DNA from: Octopus sinensis
Taxonomy: Eukaryota
Assembly: GCF_006345805.1 (NCBI RefSeq)
Contig: NC_043011.1
Coordinates: 24,688,464-24,752,463, forward strand
Direction: 5' to 3'
DNA: 64,000 nucleotides
The notes under the pieces are model-generated. The model was given only the letters and a program-made list of their open reading frames with translations. It was not told where the DNA came from and did not search any database. Every line of letters starts with the position of its first letter. Positions within the stretch are counted from its first letter, which is position 1. Position numbers and translations under genes: made by a program. Positions 38,827 to 50,679 of the stretch are shown here, piece after piece.

Positions 38827-39194
38827 ATTTCTATATAACTAAGGATAAAAGCATTATTGAAATAATGACAGCATGAGAAGAAAAACCTTATAATTATTAT
38901 TAAAATTATAAATAAGGGTATCTAAGAGATACCATCATGCTTGAAGAAGCAGTCAAAACTTTACTCTAAAATCACATCATGTATTCAATACAGCCCAAGG
39001 TGAAAAGACAAATAGATAAATAAACTAGTGAAAATCAGATAATTTCAGACTCTGGGTTTCTGGCTCTGTATAAAAATACTTTGCCTTCGACAATGAAACA
39101 TACCAAGAATTGTACATAATTACATAGATATACACACAAACATACAAATACTTATGTATACGCACACATATATACATATAACATATATACATAG

Positions 39195-39545
39195 CCAGTG
39201 CCACCTGACTGGCTCACCATGCCGGTGGCACACAAAAAGCACCATCCAAACGTGGTCGATGCCAGCCCCCCACCCCAACTGGCTCCTGTGTCCATGACAA
39301 GTAAAAAGCACCATGCAGGCATGGCTGATGTCAGTGCCGCTTGACTGGCTCTCATGCTGGTGGCACATAAACAGCACCCACTACACTCTCAGAGTGGTTG
39401 GCATTAGGAAGAGCATCCAGCTGTAGAAACATTGCCAGATCAGATTGGAGCTTGGTGCGGCCTCCTAGCTTGCCAGTCCCCAGTTAAACCATCCAACCCA
39501 TGCCAGCATGGAAAACAGACGTTAAACGATGATGATGATGATGAG
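39195..39545 (+). mobile_element. Family C (RTE 3'-tail) repeat
   Basis: GGTGGCAC..AAAAAGCACC modules, then the conserved tail and (GAT)n. Others at about 4430-4690, 25510-25620(-), 29470-29560, 37520-37800(-), 38540-38790, 43258-43590, 50480-50660(-), 62940-63235. Confidence 0.85.
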
Positions 39546-39664
39546 GAGGAGGAGGAGGAGGAGGATATGCACATATATACATCATCAATTCAGTTATCCT
39601 TCCAAACACCATGTGCTATTCCAAGCATGGTGGTATCTCTTAGATACCCTTATTTATAATTTTA

Positions 39665-39707
<43 letters not shown>

Positions 39708-39709
<2 letters not shown>

Positions 39710-39912
39710 CAGGGTACTGAAAAGTTCCTGGATTTAGGTAAAAGAAAATACAAAATTATCAGTCAATTATGATTTTATTCAACAGTTTCCCCTCTCAGAT
39801 TCACACTTATTGCAGCAGTCCTTCAGTTTTTCTAAGCCCTGTCAAAAAAACTTAGAAGGCAGGGCCTCCAACCATGATGCCCTTAAAGCCAGGAACTTCT
39901 TAGTACTCACTT
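39708..39912. mobile_element. Mariner-type MITE (about 200 bp) in (TA)n
   Basis: Left GGGTACTGAAAAGTTCCTGGATTTAGG versus reverse complement of the right end GAGTACTAAGAAGTTCCTGGCTTTAAGG; TA context on both sides. Confidence 0.7.
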
Positions 39913-40377
39913 ATATATATTATATAAATATGTTGCTGACTATGACTTCAAAGTTTAAACTAGCTAAGCCATTGTTGGATGATGGCTTAAGGTGAATGGC
40001 AAAGTTGACATTTGCTGGATTTGAATTCAGAGTGCAGAAAGCTCGGATAAATTTGGCTTCAAATTTTGACACAAAGCCAGCAATTTGGGGGAGGGGATAA
40101 GTTGATTACATCAACTCCCAGTATTCAACTGGTACTTATTTTATTGACCCCATAAAGGATAAAAGGTAAAGTCAACCTCTGTAGAATTTGAACTCAGGAT
40201 GTAAAGATTGATGAAGTGCTGCTAAGCATTTTGCCCAGTGTGCTAATGATTCTGCCAGCTCACTGCCTGACAAGGGATAATATTCTTTTCTACTCTAGGC
40301 ACAAGGCCTGAAATTTGTGGGGAGGGGGCCAGTTGATTAGATCGACCTCAGTAAACAACTGGTACTTAATTTATCAA

Positions 40378-40608
40378 GGCGGTGAGCTGGCAGAATCGTT
40401 AGCACGCCGGGCGAAAGGCTTAGCGGCATTTCGTCTGCTGCTACATTCTGAGTTCAAATTCCGCCGAGGTCGACTTTGCCTTTCATCCTTTCGGGGTTGA
40501 TTAAATAAGTACCAGTTACGCACTGGGGTCAATATAATCGACTTAATCCCTTTGTCTGTCCTTGTTTGTGCTCTCTGTGTTTAACCCCTTGTGGGTAGTA
40601 AAGAAATA
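40378..40608 (+). mobile_element. Young full-length family B SINE nested in an antisense family B relative (40288-40745)
   Basis: 17-bp TSD GGTACTTAATTTATCAA at 40361-40377 and 40609-40625; uninterrupted homologue of the host at 57748-57956. Confidence 0.92.
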
Positions 40609-40813
40609 GGTACTTAATTTATCAACCCCGAAAGGATGAAAGGTAAAATTGATCTTAGTGGAATTTGAACTCAGAACATAAAGACAGATGAAATATCTCT
40701 AAGCATTTCACCTGGCATGCAAATGTTTCTGCCAGCTCACTGCCTGACAATGGATAAAATTGCTACACATTTTAGTTGATGCTCTCATAACTACTACCTG
40801 ATAACCTTGTGCA

Positions 40814-40849
<36 letters not shown>

Positions 40850-41510
40850 TACATTTGTGCATGTTTGTGTGTGTGTGTGTGCATATATGCGTTTATGTAT
40901 GTATGCATCTATATATCATGCATATATGATTTGCATTGATGTATGTATACATGTATACATGTATGTTTCTATACATGTATCTGTGCATGCATATATGTAA
41001 GTATGCAAGTATGTAGGCATGCATACATGTATGTATGACATATATCATCATTCTCAATATCTGGATCCATTTGTAAAGCAAAAAAAATAATAATAATAAT
41101 TGCCTGAATTTTTGAAAACTCTGCAGAAAGAAATTTAGCAGAACAGTTATTCCTTTTTTTTTTCATTTCTCATTTATCTCACTTGATAATATATTTATCA
41201 GATAGCCAAGGCCTGTGGTTATGACAACTGACATTTTGTAGATGTATCTACATTTGTGTGATATCTCAGAGAAGTATATTTTGACAAAAAATGTCTATCA
41301 TGATTCTTTTGTTCTTTTACTTGTTTCAGTCATTTGACTGTGGCCATGCTGGAGCACCGTCTTTAGTCGAGCAAATCAACCCCAGGACTTATTCTTTGTA
41401 ATCCTAGTACTTATTCTATCAGTCTCTTTGCTGAACCATTAAGTTCACCAGCATCAGTTGTCAAGCGATGTTGGGAGGACAAACACAGACATAGAAACAT
41501 ATACACACAC

Positions 41511-41716
41511 ATGACCGCGTGTGTATCGTTGGGGATTTTTTTTCCTCCGTCTTCCCTTCCTTGGATCTTTTCTTTTTCTATGTTTCTGACGAAGAGCTCC
41601 GCTCGAAAGTTAAATCCTCCTTCTTTGCTTTTCTTTCCTGAGTGTCCAATAACACTATATTTGTTCCACGTCCTCACGTTGTGTTTTCTCTTTGCGTTTT
41701 CATGTTTGGATTAACT
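41511..41716 (+). mobile_element. PLE-type terminal repeat (family A) with a hammerhead-like motif at 41582-41615
   Basis: GTTT CTGACGA A GAGC TCC GCTC GAA A-GT T AAAT; followed by GGATTAAC and (TA)n. Confidence 0.72.
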
Positions 41717-41719
41717 TTA

Positions 41720-41783
<64 letters not shown>

Positions 41784-42134
41784 TAAATGACTGAAACAAG
41801 TAGAAGAGTAAAAGAGTAAAAGAGTACCTCAAAATCTTACATCAGTATTATTTGAAAGTAAAGGATTTAATTACAAAAACAATCGTTGTTTTATATCCAG
41901 TGTTATGTTATATTAAAAAACATAGAGTATATTTGGGCTTTTTACCTTCAACAGAATTATATAAACAATCTTTGTAATAGCATTAAAAAATGGAAACAGA
42001 CACAAGTATGGTTGCTTGTTTAAGAAATCAGCCTTGTAACCACATGGTTTGCAGTTCAGTCCAAACATGTAGCACCTCAGACAAATATTTTCTACAATAG
42101 ATACCTTGTAAATAAATTTGGTAGACAATTTTAT

Positions 42135-42948
42135 GGAAGCCATTTGTTCTCCCAATTCCTCAGTTTGTGCAGGCTCTGCAGTGACAACCATGACTTTGAG
42201 ACTCAGTCTCAACTCATGGCTCGCGACTTTATCCTTCGTAGATATCTCCTCACCACCATCCACACCACCCTTGCCAGAGCACGTTCAATGGGCTGTATCT
42301 CTCCTCTCTCTCCTTGCACCCGCCCCACCATTGCCCATTTCCCGTTTCCCCTCACCTACCACCCCTCCAGCTTGTCCCTCCGACACACCATTCTCTGAGC
42401 CTTCCAACGACTCCAGTCCAACCCCTCCACTTTGCACATATTCCCCAACCTACCACTTCTCTCCTTCAAACAAGCCCACAACCTATGCGACCTCCTGGTC
42501 CACAGTTTTTTCCCTAACCCTACCTCCCAACCGACTTGTTCCCCTGTTACTGCCCATGCTGCCTCACTTGCCCCTACCTCTCCAACACCATCATCCTCAC
42601 AGGCACCCATCGTCGTCTCAATCATATCACTATCCACATGCACACACTTACACACTCTCACATACATGCATGCAGACCTTCGTTTTGGGATCACCAGTAC
42701 TTTATTATCTCCCCTTCTTCCTAGCTCTCCTGTCTAACTAACTTTGTCCAACCAGTTGCCATGATTAACAGCTAACTCCAAAAGTTTTTTTTTATTCTCT
42801 CTGTTTATTTCCTCGTGTTCCTTTCTGTTAAAGAGCATAGGCTCGAAACGTAAAACACTTTCTCACCTTCCCGAGCATCAAACTAATACACCTGCTTGTT
42901 GTTTATACACCTATCTTCATCTTTTGTTTTTCTATAAATTTCAACTAT
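42135..42948 (+). mobile_element. Penelope-like retroelement relic: RT C-terminus, linker and GIY-YIG remnants, plus hammerhead-bearing terminal repeat
   Basis: Across frameshifts: FSQFLSLCRLCSDNHDFETQSQLMARDFILRRY...PLTYHPSSLSLRHTIL...IFPNLPLLSFKQAHNLCDLLVHS...FPCYCPCCLTCPY. These are typical PLE 'FSQFLRLRRICS / PLVLTYHP / PPLLAFKR..NLRDLLVHS / FPC....C.TCP' motifs. Motif CTTT CTGTTAA A GAGC ATAG GCTC GAA ACGT A AAAC at 42821-42856. Confidence 0.8.
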
Positions 42949-43592
42949 ATATATATATATTTGATGGTCTCTCCTGTCGAAGACAATGTATGAGTTCAAC
43001 TTTGGCCAAATGACGAATGATTTGCTTATAGTGATCAAATGTATGTGCTACACATTAGCTCACGCTCTCCATCAAATCGACGTTGCCTGAACAGGTGCAC
43101 GGTGTACCACACATCAGGTGTTGAAGTGATCACAGAGTAACACTAGATGAAGTGCTTTACTCAAAAACACAATGCACCACCCAGTCTAGGAGTTGAAACT
43201 ATGATCTCACAGTCATGACTGCCACACCCTAACCACTAGACCATGAACCCTCACCAAATATGTGTTACCTGTGCCGGTGGCATGTAAAAAGCACCATCCG
43301 AACATGGCCGATGCCAGCGCTGCCTTGACTGGCTTCTGTGCCGGTGGCACATAAAAAGCACGAACCGATCGTGACCGCTGTCAGCCTCCCCTGGCACCTG
43401 TGCTGGTGGCACATAAAAAGCACCTACTACACTCACGGTATGGTTGGCGTTAGGAAGGGCATCCAGCTCTAGAAACACTGCCAGATCAGACTGGAGCTTG
43501 GTGCCACCTCCTGGCTTCCCAGACCCCGGTCGAACCGTCCAACCCGTGCTAGCATGGAAAACAGATAATGATGATGATGATGATGATATATT

Positions 43593-43627
<35 letters not shown>

Positions 43628-43638
43628 GTATGTATATA

Positions 43639-43683
<45 letters not shown>

Positions 43684-45286
43684 GCCTGTGTGTTAGTGAT
43701 CCTTTGTATTTATATTTGTTCCACCACTGTTTGATAACTAGTGTTGGTTTGATTACATCCCTGTAACATAGTGGTTTGGCAAAAGAGACCAATAGAATAA
43801 GTATTGGGGTTGAGTTGTTCAGCTAACCCTACAAGGTGGTGCTCCATTACAGCCCCAGTTGAATGACTTGAAACAAGTAAAATGAGTGAAAATAGTAACT
43901 TACAAAAGAAAAAAACAACATGTTTTCTACAAGTCTTGTCATATTTGTAAGTTAGTTACTATTTTGTGTTGCCATCTTACCCTGGTCCTTCATCACCTGA
44001 CACATACAAAAAAAACATAAAAAGAATAGTCAACTGTGTAGTGGTTATCTTACATAGTGAAGTGGAAGTATTTCAACATGTTAAATAGGTGCTGACTCTA
44101 TGGAGGTTGCATTTACTCTGCATCAGTTCTTATTCAGAGTTACTCTTGTTGCGTAATTGTTTCACCACCATTCTTGTGTAATTGCAATGTCAGATGTATA
44201 TGGTGTTGATGGCCATCGTCATGTAGTCTGGCTGGCTATGTGTCTCAAGAGGGCAGTGGCATTGCTAGAGTGTGTACTGCCCAATTGTTGCCCATGAATT
44301 CCATCCCCACTCCTATATTTGCTTATACAGCAGATCCAAAAGCATCATCTTACCCTCCATAAAAGCATCACCAGAGGCACCTCATCCCCATTGCTTTCCC
44401 CACGACTACCAGCTATGCAACTGCAAGACAGTTGTAACTCTGACTATACACTGATGCAGGGTAGGTGGGACTTATTAATCTAGTCACAGACAACTGCTTT
44501 AGTGCTGGTGGCATAATGAAACACACCCACTAGAAGATGCTGTAAAGTGGCTGGTGATAAGAAGAGAATCCAGCTTCCAAAACAATGCTGAATATACAAT
44601 CGAGATGTGGACTCTGTAAGCTGCATCACAGGTCACCCATATAGGGAAGTTGTATTTACTCTGTATCAATTCTTTTCTAGAGTGTAGTGATTCAAATTTC
44701 AAATGTGAAATATTCAGTGAGGAATCATGAGTAAGTCTCTACAGTTTAATGTGATTGATCTATAAATCAAACCAATCAGCATAGGGCTGTGGCATAATAT
44801 AGTTTCTTGGATGATCTAAAATTCGTCCCATTTTTACCATACCATTTGACACCTACCTCAGGCAGACCACCTCAAGCAAGAGATGACTTTAGACACTCAC
44901 ACACGTTGTATCACAGCTAGCCTTTGACAAGGCACAGCATGGTTCCCTCCTCCCAGTCAGTGATTATTGCATCTGCATCTTTCTTTGCGAGATAGCACGG
45001 AATTTAATATGAAATCAAAATTGGTAGATTCATACACATATATAATGACATACATCATACATATCTACAGAATGAAACTGGAAATTTCGAACAAAATTGT
45101 GCTGTGTATCAGAATGTATGTGTGTGCACTCATCAATTTTCTTGTTCATATTGAATAACAATATAATTGTAATTTACACTCTCTGAGATGTATTTAAAAA
45201 TAAGTTTTGTGGAAACAAAACCAACATATGTGAATTTTCCAAAACTCTACACCCCATCTTTGCAAAAATTCTATCTCTTCCAACTT

Positions 45287-45444
45287 GAGGTGTTTGAGAC
45301 ATTTGGAAGGACTGGGCCACTAACAGTGAAGTTGTTGTCATCGTTGGCAGCTCGCCTCACTGAGGTATCAGATGATGCCCATGAATGTCTTGGCTTTGCC
45401 AACGCTTTAGCCTTGCCATTGCTTGTGGTAACACCAGTATAGCG
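45287..45444 (+). mobile_element. 3' end of an REL-endonuclease non-LTR element (CRE-like)
   Basis: EVFETFGRTGPLTVKLLSSLAARLTEVSDDAHE, frameshift, WLCQRFSLAIACGN; fits the CRE C-terminal 'ET.G.WG...L..L..RL....QR.S.AI.RGN' pattern. Confidence 0.65.
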
Positions 45445-47578
45445 ATTTCAGATTACCTCCCATTCATGTTATCTCATTCCTCGCCCCCAGTAACTTGAAA
45501 TCGATCTCAAGTTACCCCCTACGATTTCAGAATACCCCACCACCTAAAATCAAATGTTCGTCACCACGATAGCAAATAGGGAGATAATGGGTGAACTCAT
45601 TAAATGTATGTGTTGATGTTTATTATGTGTATGCGTAATACGCATTTGTAAATGAAAGAGAAAGTAATGTAAATCAAAGAGGAAGTCAGACCTTTCATTT
45701 AGTTGGAGTTTTCACTTAGTTACTTAAAACTGAAGAAATTTGAAAGAAGCATTTCCAGAATGGTTACTTTTAGTACACAAGACAAAGCTGACAACATTGA
45801 TTTGATATTTGATTATGTTGTTAACAACAAATATGGGCCTCATATGTAGAAAAGTGAAAAGGCAAACCTAAATAGGATCTCTAGGTATTATGTTGCATGG
45901 ACTAGTCAACTCTACAATCACCATAGAACAGAGAGAGTAAGAAATCCTGAAAATGAATACCAAGAAGTCTTGATCATTAGCAATCCAGATGAACAGAAGA
46001 GTATTATTTCAAGTATTCACATGGGTTGTGGAGATAGTGATACTGCCTGCGCTTGGGAAGTCATCTTGGTGTTGAGAGAACACGAGCTAAAATTTTGGAG
46101 AGGTTTTATTGGAAAAATATGGGCAAAGACACGAAAGAGTTTGTTTTGTCTTGTGATTGGTGTCAAAAAGTGAACCCTGTTCATAAAGTTAATGTTGGAG
46201 AGCTTCATCCTGTTCCTGTGCCAAATGAAGTGGTGGCCCAAATTGGTGTCGAGATCACCAATTTGCCGAAAACAGATGATGGTTATTGTTGCATTGTTGT
46301 TGCAATAGATTACTTTTCCAAATGGCCTGAAGCTCAACCTTTGAAAGATCACAGAGCGGAAAGTGTGGGAAAGTTTCTCTTTGAGGATGTTATTTGTTGG
46401 CATGGCTGTACAAAAACTCAGATAAATGACCAAGGAAGAGAATTCATAAACAGAGTATCTGAAGAACTACATAAACTGACAGGAACACAGCAACATATAA
46501 CAAGTGCTTATCACCCTCAAGTAAATGGCCTCATGGAGCAACAGAACCACACTATAAAAGATGCTTTTATCAAATCCCTCGAGGACCATGGTAACTGGAT
46601 TGAATGCTTGCGTATTGAACAGCCAAACATTCTTCAACACATTTTACCCTGTTTCAAATTTATACAACAGGCAAGCTACACTTTCAGTTGAACTACAGCA
46701 CAACCCACCTGCCAAAGATCGGGACAGTTTTGGAAATGATCAATCTATATCCAGAAAAATTGGTGTTATTTGGGCCATTATGATTTCTCAAATTGCCTCC
46801 GAAAAGAACAATATGATAAAAAACACGAGCAACAGCAGTTCAATATTGAACATTTTACGGAATGCTGCACAGGTCCTTACACTGTTGCAGAAGCTTGTAG
46901 CAAAACTACATATTGACTTTCAAATAACAATAAAGTACTAGAAAAGAAAGTAAATGCTACCAATTTTACTCGATATATTGAGCAAGGATCATCAAATAAG
47001 AAACGAAAAACAAATTACGAAAATCAAGATGCCCAAGCTCCAAATTAAAAAATAAAAACTGTAGTGATGTTTTAATGTATATAAATACATTTCGTTACCA
47101 ATTTAAAGTGTATAAATAATTTTTGGTTTGTAAATAAAACATATATCGTTCTTCAAATCAATCTCTTATCGTTACATTCTGTCAACTCAACTCAGTCCAC
47201 TATAAACAAAATCCATCTGCTACATATCTATAGAAAAAATGTATTCTAATCCAAATCACTTTCTCATTAACAAAAAAAAAAAAAACGAAAAATGTTTTTA
47301 TTCGAAAAAAATTGCAAGCACCGAATCTCTGATATTCGACATGTTTTTTCCAGCACATCATAAAAGTGTTTTAAAAATCTAATATTTTTTCTTATTTTCA
47401 TATTTTAAGATTAGTTTACGATCTTAAATGTAATCCGTGTTTAATGTTATAAAAATGTCAGAAGTTGTAAGTCTTAGAATAATAATAAGTTATTTTAGCA
47501 AAATCATTGAGGGGGTAATGTGAACAGGGTGGGGAAAATTTAAAATCGATTTCAGATTACCGGGAGGTAGACTGAAAT
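45445..47578 (+). mobile_element. Ginger/GIN-like DNA transposon relic with a Gypsy-type integrase (pseudo-ORF about 45760-47048)
   Basis: Own ATG at 45760 and no upstream RT/RNaseH. HHCC motif (IH...GSHLG...CDWC), IDYFSKWPEA, NDQGREF, AYHPQVNGLMEQQN and a GPY/F motif (TGPYTV, about 46870), with stops and frameshifts. Imperfect inverted ends ATTTCAGATTACCTCCC (45445) and GGGAGGTAGACTGAAAT (47562-47578). Confidence 0.75.
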
Positions 47579-47718
47579 GGGGGAAGCATGCTGACTTGCT
47601 TCAGTAGGTTCTGTTGAACCTTGTGGTGTGCGACCAATTGAAGCACTTGGTACTGCATTGATGTTTTTTCTTTCTTTCTTTCTCCCTTTTTTGGTTTGTT
47701 TTCGTTGTCTTTCTTTTG

Positions 47719-47808
<90 letters not shown>

Positions 47809-48229
47809 GTTCATACGTGTTACATAAGTAATAATTTTCCGATATAATCGGAATCTACACCACCTGAAACGTATTTATAGAAAATTTCATTGAAAAATAT
47901 CCGGTATCGAGTAAACTTGGATCATATTTCAAATACAAAAATCAATGCTTACATATTCTTTCTAACTGGGTAATGATTTATTGGTATGTCAAACAAATAT
48001 ATATAAGTATCAATTTTTTTCACTATTTCAAGAAGCAACAGCAATCAAGTTAATAAGGGAGGTAACTATAATATTAAGACTTGATAATAGTCTCCCTTGG
48101 AATATTATGTTCGCTATTTTTACTTCAAATTGTGTGAAGATACGGTAAATGAGATGGCATATAAAAAGCATCTTTAAAAAAAAAAAAGTTCTCTTGGGTC
48201 CTGTAAGCAAAATTGCCCCAATCCCATAA

Positions 48230-48331
48230 GCTTTAATGCGCTAAAATCTTTTTATCCCGAATATACAATGCTAAAACTGGGGTGTATCTAAAAAAAAAGC
48301 CCGCGCGCCTTTTATGCCATCAAATACGGTA
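48230..48331 (-). mobile_element. Possible pogo/Tc1-type terminus
   Basis: Minus strand TA|CCGTATTTGATGGCATAAAAGGCGCG resembles Tigger/pogo TIRs; partner end not found. Confidence 0.4.
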
Positions 48332-48599
48332 TTTTCTCTCTTCCCCCTCTCTACAGAATAATGGTGAACACGTAACACTTCTAAAGGCTGTCCGTGGCCT
48401 TTCGAAAAAATTCAACATTTGGTAGATGGAAACTGAAAGAAGACCGTCGTATGTTTGTGTGTGTGTGTCTCATTACCATTTGACAACCGGTGTTGGTTTC
48501 TTAAATTCCAAGTAATCTAGTGAAAAGTAAACGTTAAAAAAAGACTTACAGGGAAAAGAAGTGTTGGCAAATTTTAGAAAGCATGGAATTTTTGAAGGA

Positions 48600-48735
48600 T
48601 GCAATGTTCTGAAAACTAACAATTGAGTCAGGTAATAGAGTTCTGCTCAAAAACCTAATTCGAGAGGACATTTTACAGAATGCCGCACAGGTCCTTACAC
48701 TGTTGCAAAAAAAAAAAAAGCTTGTAGTAAAAGTA
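48600..48735 (+). mobile_element. Second short fragment of a related integrase (GPY/F region)
   Basis: cattttacagaatgccgcacaggtccttacactgttgca...aagcttgtag matches 46851-46900; preceded by codons GNRVLLKN. Confidence 0.7.
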
Positions 48736-49764
48736 GGTATATGATGCTTGTAGGATGTACAAAGTGCAGTGTTGCATTGTGGCAAAACCTAAGCATTGAA
48801 TGGAGTGGATTTGTGAAGGCTGGCAAGAAATAAGCTGAATATATTCCACTGAATGTGTAATGTCTGTGTAAATGGACAATGAAGTACTGGTGAGATGAAA
48901 GAAATAGTTGTAATGTGCAACAGATATATGCTGGTATGAGCATGTGATATGCACCAAGAATTACAGTTGAGTAAAAGCTCTGGCAAACGATCCTTGAAGT
49001 AATCTGCAGATGAGAAAGAGATGGGAACGAAAAGGTGAGTGATGTGCTTTATGAAGATAAGAAAGGGCCGTAGCAAGTGGCAAATCTCTATGTAACTCCT
49101 GCAAAAATGGATTTAAAATGAGGATATGTATCTATCTCTCACTGAAAGATGTGAAAACTAATATATAATTCATTGGTTCTCAACCGGCGTCCATATAAGA
49201 TTTTGTTGTTAAAATTTATGCACAATAAATCGGTTATATTTCTGCTAAACATAAATTTTTTTTTTTTATACATTTCCTAATAATATTTAATTATAAAAAT
49301 AGAATAGGATATTTTAAACCTGATAGCTTCCAACTACAAATGAACTAAGAAAGAGAAGAATTGTCTCCCTTAGACTGATTTATTCGTATCACTGCAAGAG
49401 TTATCTCCATTTTCGGCAACACGTTATCTTTTACTTGTTTCAGTCATTGGTATGCAGCCATGCTAGGACACGGCTTTGAGGTGTTTAGTTCAACAACTCG
49501 AAGCGAGCACGTTTTGTTTCGTTTCATTTTCAAATTCTGTGCGTATTCTATCGGTTTCGTTTGCTGAACTATTAAGTTACAGGGATGTAAACACACAGTC
49601 TTGATTATCAAACACAGACACATACGACCCGTCCACCACAGCAGAAATGTTAATGCTACCCGCCCCGATGGAGAGGATTGTCTTTCGAGAGCCCTGCGCC
49701 AGTGCCACATAATAAAGCACTCATACCAGTGTCTTATAAAAGTGCCCATGCAGTCAAAAGGACC

Positions 49765-50190
49765 CAGCACACTTTGTAAAGTGGTTGGCATTAGGAAGGG
49801 CATTCAGCCATAGAAACCAAGCCAAATCAGACTGGAATCTGGTGCAACTCTCCAGCTCTGGTCAAACAGTCTAGCCCATGTCAGCATGGAAAATGGATGA
49901 GGATGCTATATTCATCATCGTTTAACGTCCGTTTTCCATGCTAGCACGGGTTGGACGGTTCAACCAGAGTCTGGGAAGCCAAGAGGCTGCACCAGGCTCC
50001 AGTCTGATCTGGCAGTGTTTCTACAGCTGGATGCCCTTAATATTGCCAACCACTCCGTGAGTGTAGTGGGTGCTCTTTACGTGCCACCGGCACAGGTGCC
50101 AGGGGAGGCTGGCAGCGGCCACGATCGGTTGGTGCTTTTTATGTGCCACCGTCACTGGTATCACAACTTCCATTTCCATTTGATATTTAT
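49765..50190. mobile_element. Two family C repeats, tail-to-tail and inverted
   Basis: 49765-49900 (+) and 49912-50190 (-) converge with only about 10-20 nt between them. Confidence 0.8.
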
Positions 50191-50679
50191 TTTGATGTAC
50201 TTGTCTATTTTCAAGAGAAGTCACTCCTAGTTACTTTTGAAGTCTCCTTTGAACAGTCAGATGTCAGCTTACTTGGAACGAAACAATGTAGTTATTAAGT
50301 AGAGTTGAAATTGATGCAAGTAAGATTTCACATCTCTAGCATCACTCCTTCATAGTCACCCCACCCTCATACGATGGGAGACATTTCTCCTAAGGGCTAC
50401 ACAGTGAGATTGAACCCAAGACCATGTGCTTGGGAAGCAAACTTCTTAATGACAGTCATGTCTGCAGTCATTCAAGCTTATCCATCATCATCATCTTTTA
50501 GCATCCATTTTTCCATGGGTTGCATGGTTTGACTGGAACTTGGTAAGCTAGAGAGCCAGTACAGGCTCCAGTCTGTTTTGGCTTGGTTTCTATGGCTGGG
50601 TGCCCTTCCTAATGCCGACCACTCCAAAGAGTACTGTAGTGGGTACCTTTTACCTGTCTCTGACACAGGCCATTAAAAG

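Noticed and set aside
48740-49100. EWICEGWQEI peptide reminiscent of a pogo transposase C-terminus
   Set aside because: Too short and surrounded by stops to support a call.
49171-49200. CATTGGTTCTCAACC resembling a hAT/Charlie TIR
   Set aside because: No matching right end or 8-bp TSD found.
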